From positions 1 through 64,000 of the IMG/VR virus record IMGVR_UViG_3300009093_000003: 64,000 bases of DNA, one strand, 5' to 3'. Shown in pieces: positions 47,054-56,605 of the stretch. Position 1 is the first letter of the stretch. The number at the start of each line of letters is the position of its first letter. The DNA comes from a virus. A program made the position numbers and the translations under genes. The notes below the pieces were generated by a model. The model was given only the letters and a program-made list of their open reading frames with translations. It was not told the DNA's origin and did not search any database.

Positions 47054-48271
47054 TTAATCTGCTTCTTCACGTTCCACATTATTTTCCTTTGCCCTCATCT
47101 CCTGTAATTTGGCCGCCATAGCTTCTTCCAGCGTGTTGTACGCCTGTGGTGGGCTGGGGGCGACATAATTAGGGTCAATCCCCTTGATCTTCGCCATGGT
47201 AGCGCGTATGGCTTCGGTTTTTACCTGTGAAGCGACCGACGCGATGATTTTCTTATGGTCACGCAGTAATCGCACACCTTCGGCGATTTTGTCCGGGTTC
47301 CATGTTCCATCTTTGTTAGTCCACTGTTCAGATTCCATCCATTTGAAAATGTTGAAGTCTTTCATTTCCGCTACCTGTGCCGCTTTCTCATCATCAGTCC
47401 AGACATATTCCACTCCCTTGTCGTCTATGTCTATCTTAAAGTTTGAAAGTTTAGGAACGGTTTCCTCAACCTTTTTCTGCCATTTGGCGATACGTTCGGC
47501 TGCCTGGTCAGGGGTTTCCTGGGGTGCCTGTGTACTTGTTTCTGCTTTTTTTAGTTCGGGTAATATTAGTTTGCTTTGTTTATCAATCATCGCTACACGC
47601 TTGTCAAAAGCATGCATCTGCAATAATTCAAGATTTTTTTCAACCTCCCGGTTATGGGCGTTGGCCTCTTTCAGTTCCTCTTTATCTACTTCCGGGTCAA
47701 GGCCATCGGTATCAATTTTTTCAAGGTTCGTACCGTATTTGTGACGCAATTCCAGGTCGATACGCTTTGCGTCCCATGCGGGATTTTCGGCCTTTAAAGC
47801 GTTTTTCATAATATCCACGTCGGACATCGACTTATAGTCCTTTTCCTTTTCGGAGATATAGTCTTTCAGCGCCTTTGTGCCTTCTTCAGATTGGACCAGT
47901 TCAAACCATGCCTTAGCCTCGTCATTCTTGAATTTTGGCACGGCTGATTCAAGTTCTTTAGCACGAACTTCAATACTGTCGTAGTTTTTTACTTTATCCA
48001 GGGCGGCAATAAAATCAGCTTCTGTTTTGAAAAGGCCGTCAGACTTTGTGGCAAGCCATTCGTCATAGTTTACGGCAGGCGGCGCATCGGCGGGTGGTGG
48101 CGGGGTGTTCGCTCCAGGCGCAGGTGTGGTGTCATTAGTATCGGCAGGTGGCTGGTTCTCGGTGTTGATAATCTCGTCAAACTTAATTTCAGGAACTTCC
48201 GATACCGGTTTAGCCTCTTTTATTGCTTCGAGTAAAGCCGGGTCATCAAAGTTTATTTCGTCTACGTCCAT
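47054..48271 (-). CDS. capsid scaffolding protein
   Basis: Acidic helical 405 aa protein between portal and MCP. Confidence 0.7.
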   Translation of the reverse strand: MDVDEINFDDPALLEAIKEAKPVSEVPEIKFDEIINTENQPPADTNDTTPAPGANTPPPPADAPPAVNYDEWLATKSDGLFKTEADFIAALDKVKNYDSIEVRAKELESAVPKFKNDEAKAWFELVQSEEGTKALKDYISEKEKDYKSMSDVDIMKNALKAENPAWDAKRIDLELRHKYGTNLEKIDTDGLDPEVDKEELKEANAHNREVEKNLELLQMHAFDKRVAMIDKQSKLILPELKKAETSTQAPQETPDQAAERIAKWQKKVEETVPKLSNFKIDIDDKGVEYVWTDDEKAAQVAEMKDFNIFKWMESEQWTNKDGTWNPDKIAEGVRLLRDHKKIIASVASQVKTEAIRATMAKIKGIDPNYVAPSPPQAYNTLEEAMAAKLQEMRAKENNVEREEAD

Positions 48272-48378
48272 AAAGTATTTTGAATAGCGTAAAGGTAAAT
48301 TGGAATAAACAATTTATTGCAAACAACATTTTGTTTATGATTTATCATTTATTTTACTATATTTGAATAAAAAACAGT

Positions 48379-48567
48379 ATGAATTTTTCAGATGATAAAG
48401 AAAAAATACAAGCGAGAGAAACTTCTTTACGCTTAGCGATACAACTTAACTCATCGCGTGGGGTATACAACCAAGGACTGGCCCAACAAAGCCATGTAGA
48501 AGCACCATCTATTTCAAAAATACTTGGCGATGCTGATAAAATTTATGAATGGCTAATAAAGGACTAA
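48379..48567 (+). CDS. hypothetical protein
   Basis: Follows TATATTTG 48358-48365. Confidence 0.65.
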   Translation: MNFSDDKEKIQARETSLRLAIQLNSSRGVYNQGLAQQSHVEAPSISKILGDADKIYEWLIKD

Positions 48568-48755
48568 TGGCTACAATCGGGGAACAAGTTACATCAAAAC
48601 GAAAAGAGTTAAAGCTAACTCAAATGCAACTCGCCACAAAAGCTGGTATTTCATTAGACACGCTTAGCCGGATTGAAAATAACAGGAGTGTTAACCCCAC
48701 ATTGGTCGTGATTAACCTACTTCAAAAGGCATTGGGTATTAAATTTGAAATATAA
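48567..48755 (+). CDS. XRE-family HTH regulator (copy 1)
   Basis: KRKELKLTQMQLATKAGISLDTLSRIENN. Confidence 0.9.
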   Translation: MATIGEQVTSKRKELKLTQMQLATKAGISLDTLSRIENNRSVNPTLVVINLLQKALGIKFEI

Positions 48756-49171
48756 TGGAAGTGCTTGAGCAGACAAAGCATACCGTAAGCAAATACCAAA
48801 TGCTTGAAAGGTTACAATTTAGTAAAAACTTACAAATTGCTATTAAAGCGAATCAATTGCTTCTTGGTGAAATCGGTGAACAGGATATAAAGGGGTTGTT
48901 TCTTGACGCGGTTTGCCGTAATGATTATGCTGATGCTATAAAACGGGCCGACGATCATAATTTAGCCGCTATAAAAGCAAAAGATTTTTCTGTCGGAAAG
49001 TTTATGTTTATCCACCCCGATAAACTCGGATATGTCACAGGTGAAAAATATTACTTAAAAATAAAGACCGTCAATGGCTATATTCAGGTTACTCCGCCTG
49101 TTAATTCAGATGCTACAGAATTAATTTATCCAAATTTCTCTAAGTTTTTCTATGACTTTAAGTCAATATAA
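48755..49171 (+). CDS. hypothetical protein
   Basis: Coupled ORF. Confidence 0.65.
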   Translation: MEVLEQTKHTVSKYQMLERLQFSKNLQIAIKANQLLLGEIGEQDIKGLFLDAVCRNDYADAIKRADDHNLAAIKAKDFSVGKFMFIHPDKLGYVTGEKYYLKIKTVNGYIQVTPPVNSDATELIYPNFSKFFYDFKSI

Positions 49172-49173
49172 GT

Positions 49174-49365
49174 ATGGTAACAAAACAATATATGGCTGAT
49201 AAAATAAAGGCGCTTCACGAAAGAGAAGATGAATTAAATCGCCGTAACGGTGAACTTGATAAACATATCAGAATACTTAAAAACGAAAAACATAAAATAG
49301 CCAAAGCTATCTCAAGATTGGTATTGTATAGAAATGGACAGGTAAAATTTTGGAAATCATTATAA
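49174..49365 (+). CDS. small coiled-coil protein
   Basis: 63 aa. Confidence 0.55.
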   Translation: MVTKQYMADKIKALHEREDELNRRNGELDKHIRILKNEKHKIAKAISRLVLYRNGQVKFWKSL

Positions 49366-49375
49366 ATAGTAAACC

Positions 49376-49579
49376 ATGAAAATACTCGACACTTTTGAAC
49401 CCGCTTTTTTCAATAAAAAAATTATTGATGAAAAATTTACAGCGAACCTTGACATCGACTTAAATTGTAAAAGAGCTATTTTTCAGGATTATAATAAAAA
49501 CGAATTTTTTTATGAAAAAGGTCTGATACGTTCATTCAAATCGAATATACCAAAACCAACCGAATTAACCCTTGTCTAA
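49376..49579 (+). CDS. hypothetical protein
   Basis: 67 aa. Confidence 0.5.
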   Translation: MKILDTFEPAFFNKKIIDEKFTANLDIDLNCKRAIFQDYNKNEFFYEKGLIRSFKSNIPKPTELTLV

Positions 49580-50057
49580 TATGACCAAATTGGAACAAAT
49601 AGACCAACTACTTTCTATTTACCCTGAATATCTTAAATATTACATTGAAAAAAGGGTACCCGAAATTACCTATGCACAAGATTTAATGCGTGGGTATAGG
49701 TTGACAGGGAATATGTTTTATCATTATGAAGAATGTAATGGGATACTTTCATTTGATGAATGGTTGGCTAAAAGAAGAATACCGGTGACAGAAGTGTGTA
49801 TCCCTGAAACAGTGCTTATTGAAGGGAAAAAATATTATAAACTAAAATGCAGTTGTCCGTGCCATACACCAAATCGCGCTATTATCCACTTTATTGCTTG
49901 TTGTAATGACGGATTTAATTATCGGCCAGTGAATAAAAACGAAATTGATTTAAGCAGTTTAACGATTGTTGTGCCAAAATCATTCATTGAATTTCAACAG
50001 AAATATCCAAACGCTAAGAATTGGCGACATCCCCCAACAGAACCGATTGATTGGTAA
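49572..50057 (+). CDS. hypothetical protein with CSCPCH...HFIACC motif
   Basis: 161 aa. Confidence 0.6.
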   Translation: MSNMTKLEQIDQLLSIYPEYLKYYIEKRVPEITYAQDLMRGYRLTGNMFYHYEECNGILSFDEWLAKRRIPVTEVCIPETVLIEGKKYYKLKCSCPCHTPNRAIIHFIACCNDGFNYRPVNKNEIDLSSLTIVVPKSFIEFQQKYPNAKNWRHPPTEPIDW

Positions 50058-50060
50058 ACA

Positions 50061-52511
50061 TTAAGCCGCTACCGGCTGTTCTTGCTGTGGTGGGATTTGT
50101 TGTTGTCCAGGCTGCGCTTGTGGTGGTGGTTGATTTTGCTGATTTCGTTGCGCTTGTTGCTGCATGGCCGACAGCATAAATTGTTTTTGAGTTTCTTCGA
50201 CTATTCCCAATCCACTCCAAACAAATTCTGGAATATCCGCAATGGTGGCTCCCGGTTGACTTAATATAGCATCAGCAACCTTTTCTTTTAATACACCAGC
50301 CCATGTGTATGAAGCCTTCACGCCCTCGTTAGCTCCCTCCTGCTGCATTTGCTCTATCTTGTTTTTATGCGATTGTTGCTCCAATTCCATATCCCCCTTC
50401 GCCTTAACTTCCGCAGCGGCATTGGCCTGTGCAACATTGTTAGCTGAATTTTTCCTTGCCGTTTCTTCGTCTTCGGCTTTCTTTTGTTTGGCATATTGTG
50501 CCAGCATAAACGACCGGTATGTTGGATCGTCTATTAGCGATAACTCTGCCACGGCTTCCAAACCTATTTGCCCTTGTTCCAATGCTATCTCAATTAGATG
50601 ATCCCACTTCTCCTGATCGGCTTTATCCAGTACAACTTCGATTTTTGTGTCGAAGAGCAGTTGAGCAATATCTTCGCCCATATCCCTCATATACTTAATA
50701 TCATCCTCTCCTAATGCCATATTGTACCCGTCAAAGCTATCATCTTTCAAGAAAAATTTATCAAGCAACAGTAACTCCACATTCTTAGCAACACCCTTTT
50801 TAATGTTTAAAACGGTTTTGTAAACATAGTTTGACGGTTCTGCAGCAATCTCCCTGGCATCATTCAGCGTTGCGTTAGCGGTTGCCTGGTTGGTGATGTT
50901 ACCGCTTGCAAGGTTATTGTCCCCGGTTACGATTTGCAACTTTTTATAGGTTGACCAGAATTGTTCTTCCAGTTCTTTTAACTTTTGGCTTGCCGGGTGC
51001 GTATTTGGCTTTATTGGCGGTTCCTGCGGCCTGTCGTCGCCCTCTATGTCGCGGCCCATGTAATATTGATTACCTGTTTGCAGGTAGATACCCAAAAGCT
51101 GCATAGGCGATAGTACACCTAACCCCTGTCCCATGTCGATATTAGCTATGCCAAGCGTGTCAATACTAAAGCCATCCGGTGCCGTCATAGCAATTATAGC
51201 CTGCGACTTGCACCAAATGTTTTGCAGCATATCGATCATCGGCATCATTGTCTCAACCAATGATTTGTTGTTGCAATGGTGGTTATTGTGCATGTGTATG
51301 GTGTACGGGCTTCTTATCTCCACCAAATTATTATTTGGTTTCAGCATATCCTTAGCCAGTCCCCATTCCAGCACAATGTTGACGTCACCCTCTACAATGC
51401 CAACGCCGTGATAAGCTACATAATAAGGCTTAGATTGCTCTTTTCTTTCGGGTGGCAAAGCCTCTAACCTGTCCTCATACAGTTTGTCCCTGCCAAAACC
51501 TACCTTTTCCTTGCGATACGTGAGGTTATACAGCGTTTTATAGTACAAATCGACTATAGGTACGCTCACCGCGTCATAAGGCCGTGCAAGGGCTGTATTG
51601 TAGCTATAATCCCAATCACACGTCATATCGGTGGCATTGCCATAACTGCCAATAAACGTTTGCGATATTTCCCATAATTTTTCTTCGGTTACTACCGGGC
51701 TGCCGTCCGGCTTTGTGCGTCCGCTCGTGCGCAGCCTGACTTCTGATATGGCTATGTTTCGCGCTTGCCCCTGCCATTGCCAATCCTCGAAATTATCAAG
51801 TTCACTGTAAGAGCTAATAAAGCATTCGGGCTTTACCACCGGCGTTTTTATCCATCCGTTGCCGTTTAATTCAGTCAGGCAGCATGCCCAGCCGCAGCAA
51901 AAGGTATCCCATATCAAACGCTTTTTTATCACATCGTCCCATTCGTTCTGCTCAAAGACTATGTTTTCGGCCATTTGCATGATCGTTTCTTCACGAAGCG
52001 GCTTTATTTTAAACCTTACGTCGAGTTCGCGTTCTGATTTTGGGTCGTGATCTGAAAAGTGCTCTAATTGCAAACCTGATTGTTCCTGTAACCCTTGCAG
52101 AACCGGGCGGTAATTCATTTTAAACCTGGCTTCGTCTTTTTCCTTTTTCTTTTTGTCGGAGGCAAGCTGGCCGGAAGCACGGCACTTTATTTTTTCTATT
52201 CGTTCAAGGTATCGGTCGGTTTTGGCGTTGAGCAATGGGGTTGCTATGGCAAGAGGGGAATAGTCGATGTTTAGCACAATCGGCGTTCCCTCAATTTTTA
52301 TCAGGTCACGGTATTGATCTTCCGGCTGCTTGCCCATCGCGTATAAACGAGACTTTTCGTAGCGTATCATCCTGGCCGCGTATGTTTCCGCACCGTAGCC
52401 GCTTTTCCACCGGGCATAACATTGGCGAAGCACTTTTAAGCCGAAGTCGTAACTGTCTTTCCTTTTATCGGGGGATAGGGGATTTTCGGTGAGTGGTGAT
52501 TCCGGGTACAT
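50061..52511 (-). CDS. portal protein
   Basis: 816 aa directly after TerL; RLYAMGKQP..Y, LNIDYSP; Gln-rich coiled C-terminal barrel. Confidence 0.85.
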   Translation of the reverse strand: MYPESPLTENPLSPDKRKDSYDFGLKVLRQCYARWKSGYGAETYAARMIRYEKSRLYAMGKQPEDQYRDLIKIEGTPIVLNIDYSPLAIATPLLNAKTDRYLERIEKIKCRASGQLASDKKKKEKDEARFKMNYRPVLQGLQEQSGLQLEHFSDHDPKSERELDVRFKIKPLREETIMQMAENIVFEQNEWDDVIKKRLIWDTFCCGWACCLTELNGNGWIKTPVVKPECFISSYSELDNFEDWQWQGQARNIAISEVRLRTSGRTKPDGSPVVTEEKLWEISQTFIGSYGNATDMTCDWDYSYNTALARPYDAVSVPIVDLYYKTLYNLTYRKEKVGFGRDKLYEDRLEALPPERKEQSKPYYVAYHGVGIVEGDVNIVLEWGLAKDMLKPNNNLVEIRSPYTIHMHNNHHCNNKSLVETMMPMIDMLQNIWCKSQAIIAMTAPDGFSIDTLGIANIDMGQGLGVLSPMQLLGIYLQTGNQYYMGRDIEGDDRPQEPPIKPNTHPASQKLKELEEQFWSTYKKLQIVTGDNNLASGNITNQATANATLNDAREIAAEPSNYVYKTVLNIKKGVAKNVELLLLDKFFLKDDSFDGYNMALGEDDIKYMRDMGEDIAQLLFDTKIEVVLDKADQEKWDHLIEIALEQGQIGLEAVAELSLIDDPTYRSFMLAQYAKQKKAEDEETARKNSANNVAQANAAAEVKAKGDMELEQQSHKNKIEQMQQEGANEGVKASYTWAGVLKEKVADAILSQPGATIADIPEFVWSGLGIVEETQKQFMLSAMQQQAQRNQQNQPPPQAQPGQQQIPPQQEQPVAA

Positions 52512-52525
52512 ACGAAAAAATTTAC

Positions 52526-52533
52526 CAAATATA
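52526..52533 (-). promoter_or_regulatory. TAnnTTTG promoter upstream of portal gene
   Basis: TATATTTG on minus strand 14 nt before ATG; same motif also at 3792, 14870, 16886, 26777, 44106, 48358, 60679, 61152. Confidence 0.6.
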
Positions 52534-52541
52534 TAAAATAA

Positions 52542-54656
52542 TTAACCTGTATTTTTAAAAGCTAAACTTACGCCGCCGCGGGCATGTATGGGCAATATTT
52601 TCAAATTGTTCTTTTTAACTTCGTTTTTAACCTTAACACTTTCGCTCAATGCCATCAAAGCATATCCCCATGCCATACATGCGTCATATTTAGTCCTGTT
52701 ATCCGGGTCAAAGTCCCGCATATCGGTAAGAAGCCTTTTAAACCGTATTTTATGAATGTTATTAAGCGCATACTCTACCATGAATGAAAGATGCTGCTCG
52801 ATAGTGTCCTTGCTTTGCTGGCTCGGCTTGCCATATACTTCCGTCCCATCCCACCTTTTTGTTGTAACCAGGTAGCCATGCTTAACCACGCTTTCCTTTG
52901 GCGAAGCCAGTCGCCTTGACGGGCTTGTAAACCAATCTTCCCATGATGTTTCAGCACGTTCGGCAAGCATCTTTATCCCGTAATATTCGATTCCTAAAGC
53001 GATTTGCTGGTGAAAATCTTCTTTTGATTCCGGGTGTCCCAAAAACATCGCTACAGGGGCGTACGAATTGATATTAAAAGGATCAAGCGCCTTTTCGCGG
53101 GTGTGTATCATTAAACAAGCATCCGACCCGTCCTCAATAGCCGATTTCGAGTGCATGTAACTATCCATACCCGACGCACCATAAATTACATTATCAGGGC
53201 ATTTAATGTTGTTTTTATAGACGTAGCGATTATTATTTTCAATAAGTTCTAAAATATACCACATTCCGGCAGGATCGTCTTCCGGCATAGACTTTCCTTC
53301 AAGGTTGCGCCTGAATGTCATTCTTCTGCCCATTTCCTTAGCGCCTGTTTCTTCAAGTATTTCCTCAATTTTTGCTAATTGGGCATTAACATCATCAAGT
53401 TTAAATTTACACTTGTTGTTGGCTCCCTGAAAACATTCCCTCCATTCAAAAGGATTGTTCCGCATTTCTTCGGCAAGTTCTTCGGGATCCGCGGCTTTCA
53501 TATCGCGGGTCACCTGTAACCATTGTTTAGCTCCGATATATGGGTCAGGGCATGTTTCCCACTGCTTGGTAACAAAGTTCCAGTATTTGTGTGTTTTAAG
53601 CCATTCTATTTGCTGTTCGGTTGGATTTTCAATAATACTCTCACCGTATTTTCCAACATATCCCAAATAACCACGATAAGCCGGCAAGAAAAATCGCTTT
53701 AATTTTGTTTTGGTACGGCCATACTTATCTACCTTTCCTGTTATATGGTCCGAGCCATCCCATATTTCCCTAAAGTTATCACCGCCTTGGTCGCCTTTGT
53801 TTACCGTGCTGAATACCGATACCTTTCCAACAACCGTAGTACCAGTTATCAGGGTATCGCCTATTTTGTTTAAACAGGTTTTTACATTGACCTTTTTCCA
53901 CTTAGCCGCTTCATCAATAGTTACGTGACGCATTGGTCGTCCGTCATAGGCAGTTTCAGAGGTATCAAGATAGTTAACCCGGTTATTCTTTCCCCTGTCT
54001 GCCGAAAGAAACTTATTGTTCTTGCTGATACGCGGCACCTGCTTTGCTATCCAAATTTCGCTGTCATTGGCTGCGGCAATCTCCGGCATCAGGAACGGTG
54101 GAACGTTTTCAAGGCATTTACGTACCATTAGGTACATTTCAAACGCATCATCACCAGTTTTAGAGACAATCCCTGAAAGTGTATCGTTATCCAATAATGC
54201 AATAAGCACCTTTATGGAGGCCGACATTGAGGACAATCCGACACGCCGCCCTTTTATTCCTATATCTCCGAAGCAAAACCTGTCCTTTTCACACAACTCA
54301 AAAAACCGGAAATATTCAAGGGATGTTTCTTTAAATGTTGGCCGGTGCCCGTTAAGCAAAATACACCATTGATGAAAGAAATAACAGTAATTATTGAAAT
54401 AAACCGGCTCCCCTTTTATCATTATCCATGAGCCCACGTGCAAACGCTCTACTTCTTCTTCATACCATTTCAACTGATCGGTGAACCATAATTCTTGCGC
54501 AACTGTCCAATCCCATTGTTCATAGGTGGTGTCTCGAACCCAAACTTGATCTGATATTTTATTGGAAGAACGGCGTATACTGGATTGTTTTGGCGTTTTC
54601 GGGCATTCGTAACGCATACCCTGAACCTCAACAACTATTACATCACCTTGTGCCAT
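52542..54656 (-). CDS. terL: terminase large subunit
   Basis: KGRRVGLS (Walker A region), VTIDEAAKW (Walker B), GMDSY nuclease motif, KYDACMA. Confidence 0.9.
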   Translation of the reverse strand: MAQGDVIVVEVQGMRYECPKTPKQSSIRRSSNKISDQVWVRDTTYEQWDWTVAQELWFTDQLKWYEEEVERLHVGSWIMIKGEPVYFNNYCYFFHQWCILLNGHRPTFKETSLEYFRFFELCEKDRFCFGDIGIKGRRVGLSSMSASIKVLIALLDNDTLSGIVSKTGDDAFEMYLMVRKCLENVPPFLMPEIAAANDSEIWIAKQVPRISKNNKFLSADRGKNNRVNYLDTSETAYDGRPMRHVTIDEAAKWKKVNVKTCLNKIGDTLITGTTVVGKVSVFSTVNKGDQGGDNFREIWDGSDHITGKVDKYGRTKTKLKRFFLPAYRGYLGYVGKYGESIIENPTEQQIEWLKTHKYWNFVTKQWETCPDPYIGAKQWLQVTRDMKAADPEELAEEMRNNPFEWRECFQGANNKCKFKLDDVNAQLAKIEEILEETGAKEMGRRMTFRRNLEGKSMPEDDPAGMWYILELIENNNRYVYKNNIKCPDNVIYGASGMDSYMHSKSAIEDGSDACLMIHTREKALDPFNINSYAPVAMFLGHPESKEDFHQQIALGIEYYGIKMLAERAETSWEDWFTSPSRRLASPKESVVKHGYLVTTKRWDGTEVYGKPSQQSKDTIEQHLSFMVEYALNNIHKIRFKRLLTDMRDFDPDNRTKYDACMAWGYALMALSESVKVKNEVKKNNLKILPIHARGGVSLAFKNTG

Positions 54657-55014
54657 TTATTTTAGCCTTTACTTTTTTGCTGGCTTCTTCAAAGGGATTT
54701 CCAGTTGTTTTTACAATTTCAACCTCCGCTTCTTCAACTGTTTTTTCGCCAGTGGTGGGTAAAGATAATGATAAAGCAAGAAAATCTTTTTTGTTTTTTA
54801 CTACAGCAAGAAAGTTTGCAAAGGTCTGCCCATCTCCATTAAGCAATTTAAAATCTTCTTTTTTACCGCCCTCGGCTAATAATTCAAAATCATCAGCAAG
54901 TACATCACATACATGGGCGAGTTCAAGCTGTAGCTTTGATACACCTCTCCCCTCTAAATAATCAATATAGGCAAGTATTTCAGCCGATACCTCTGATAAA
55001 TCAGGTTTTTTCAT
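54643..55014 (-). CDS. possible terminase small subunit
   Basis: 123 aa helical protein overlapping terL start; position only. Confidence 0.45.
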   Translation of the reverse strand: MKKPDLSEVSAEILAYIDYLEGRGVSKLQLELAHVCDVLADDFELLAEGGKKEDFKLLNGDGQTFANFLAVVKNKKDFLALSLSLPTTGEKTVEEAEVEIVKTTGNPFEEASKKVKAKINGTR

Positions 55015-55693
55015 TTGCTTTTATTCTTTTAAATTCTTCCTGGTCAACAAAAACGCCCTTTGTCGATCCGTGCATCGGCGGCAGCATGCCCCCGCCCTGC
55101 AATAACCGGCGCTGGTGCCGCGTCAAATATACCTTTCTGAAATAAGCGCCGTCCTCAAAATTAAATGGTGTTAGCTTACCGGCCTTTAATTCGGCCATTT
55201 TCTTATCGTAATACTTCTCATAGTCGGCTTCCAGGTCTTTGCCACGCTGCGTTAGCACCCATGCATTACGCGGACGCATTTTAATTTTGCCCGGCACTTT
55301 CGTTTTTAAAACATATCCGCCTTTTTCCAATTCTTCCAAAATTTCTACAACTGGCTTTCTTAAATAATTTCGGTTGTACAACTTAAAATGTTGCCTCAAA
55401 AATACGCCAACATAGCTTATAATAATCAGCACCTCCGCCTCTAATGCTGTTATCCCGTTAAGTGCATAAAACCGCCTGAAAAGCAAATGTCCGCTAAAAG
55501 AATAGTAGTAGTCGGGCTTTTTATCGACAAAGGTATATTCGTCAAATGACTTTTGCAGTTCTTTTGCTTTCGCCTCGGCTGCCTGCGCCCGTTCTTTCCA
55601 TAGTTTACGCTCTGCGGCCATGTGCATGAGCTTTATGCCCTGTTTCTTATGCGCCGCCAGTAACTCACTGTATGTAAACTTACGAAGCCCCAT
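55001..55693 (-). CDS. winged-helix (MarR-like) protein
   Basis: LEELEKGGYVLK...WVLTQRGK. Confidence 0.6.
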   Translation of the reverse strand: MGLRKFTYSELLAAHKKQGIKLMHMAAERKLWKERAQAAEAKAKELQKSFDEYTFVDKKPDYYYSFSGHLLFRRFYALNGITALEAEVLIIISYVGVFLRQHFKLYNRNYLRKPVVEILEELEKGGYVLKTKVPGKIKMRPRNAWVLTQRGKDLEADYEKYYDKKMAELKAGKLTPFNFEDGAYFRKVYLTRHQRRLLQGGGMLPPMHGSTKGVFVDQEEFKRIKANEKT

Positions 55694-56605
55694 TTAGCTA
55701 ACCACCCCGATAATAATATCCATATTTAAAATGCACTGCCTGTTAGGCAAGATACAGCCGTGGTTACGGTACACAAGCAATTTGTCGCCAACTGACATTC
55801 GACCTGGCTTTACCTTGTCGCCGATAGCAAGTACACTGGCGTACGTAAACCGTGGTTCCGGCGTTTCAAGATGCTTTGGATAGAGTGTCCGGGCGTGCGC
55901 CTTGTCAAGATGCGGATAGTGCTTGTCAACATATTCTTCCCGCGCATCCTCGTTAGCTATCTTCCATTGCTCCCAAGCCGGATCGGGCAAATACTCCACC
56001 AATACAACATCGCCAACCGGTAAATAACCATCATTGGTTTCAATGCCTACGATTTCCCGCTCATCAACCTTGATATACTTTTGCCCGTTGTAAATAAGGT
56101 CGTACTGAAAGGCATCGACGGTGATAACAACCGTTCGAATATCTACCAATGGGTTGCAATCTTCCGGCAAATACTTTATTTTGATTTTTACCGGTTCTTT
56201 GGTTTCCAGCGACGTCGATAAAATTATACCCGACGAAGTTCTTTCATATTCACTGTGTACCTCGTCGCCAAGATAAGTTCCCGGCATACACCGGATGGGG
56301 TCAACAAGAAATAAGATCATTTTTGCCGGTATCGCAGCGCGTTCCTCGTCAATCCATTTAGCCACTTCAAACGCGCCATAGTGAACGAACGCTCGGTGGC
56401 CTGCGTACCCATCAGACAATATGTCAACCACCTTCGGATTGATCTTTCTGCGGTCGGTAGTTACGCCCCAGGCAGTATCGGCATCCTCGTCCCCTTCCTC
56501 AATCACATAACGCTCCGGCACAAACAAACCACTGTCCTGCTTAACCAGCGCTGACGATTTATCATACTCGAATTTAACTATTATATTTCCGTTGGTTGGC
56601 GTCAT
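55694..56605 (-). CDS. multi-domain GroES-like co-chaperonin
   Basis: MTPTNGNIIVK, TSSGIIL, YIKVDEREIVG, PVGDVVLVE, VLAIG...VGDKLL repeated GroES motifs. Confidence 0.7.
   Translation of the reverse strand: MTPTNGNIIVKFEYDKSSALVKQDSGLFVPERYVIEEGDEDADTAWGVTTDRRKINPKVVDILSDGYAGHRAFVHYGAFEVAKWIDEERAAIPAKMILFLVDPIRCMPGTYLGDEVHSEYERTSSGIILSTSLETKEPVKIKIKYLPEDCNPLVDIRTVVITVDAFQYDLIYNGQKYIKVDEREIVGIETNDGYLPVGDVVLVEYLPDPAWEQWKIANEDAREEYVDKHYPHLDKAHARTLYPKHLETPEPRFTYASVLAIGDKVKPGRMSVGDKLLVYRNHGCILPNRQCILNMDIIIGVVS

Noticed and set aside
27508-47811. Numerous + strand ORFs antisense to structural genes
   Set aside because: They lie fully within long minus-strand genes, have low-complexity antisense composition and show no motifs.
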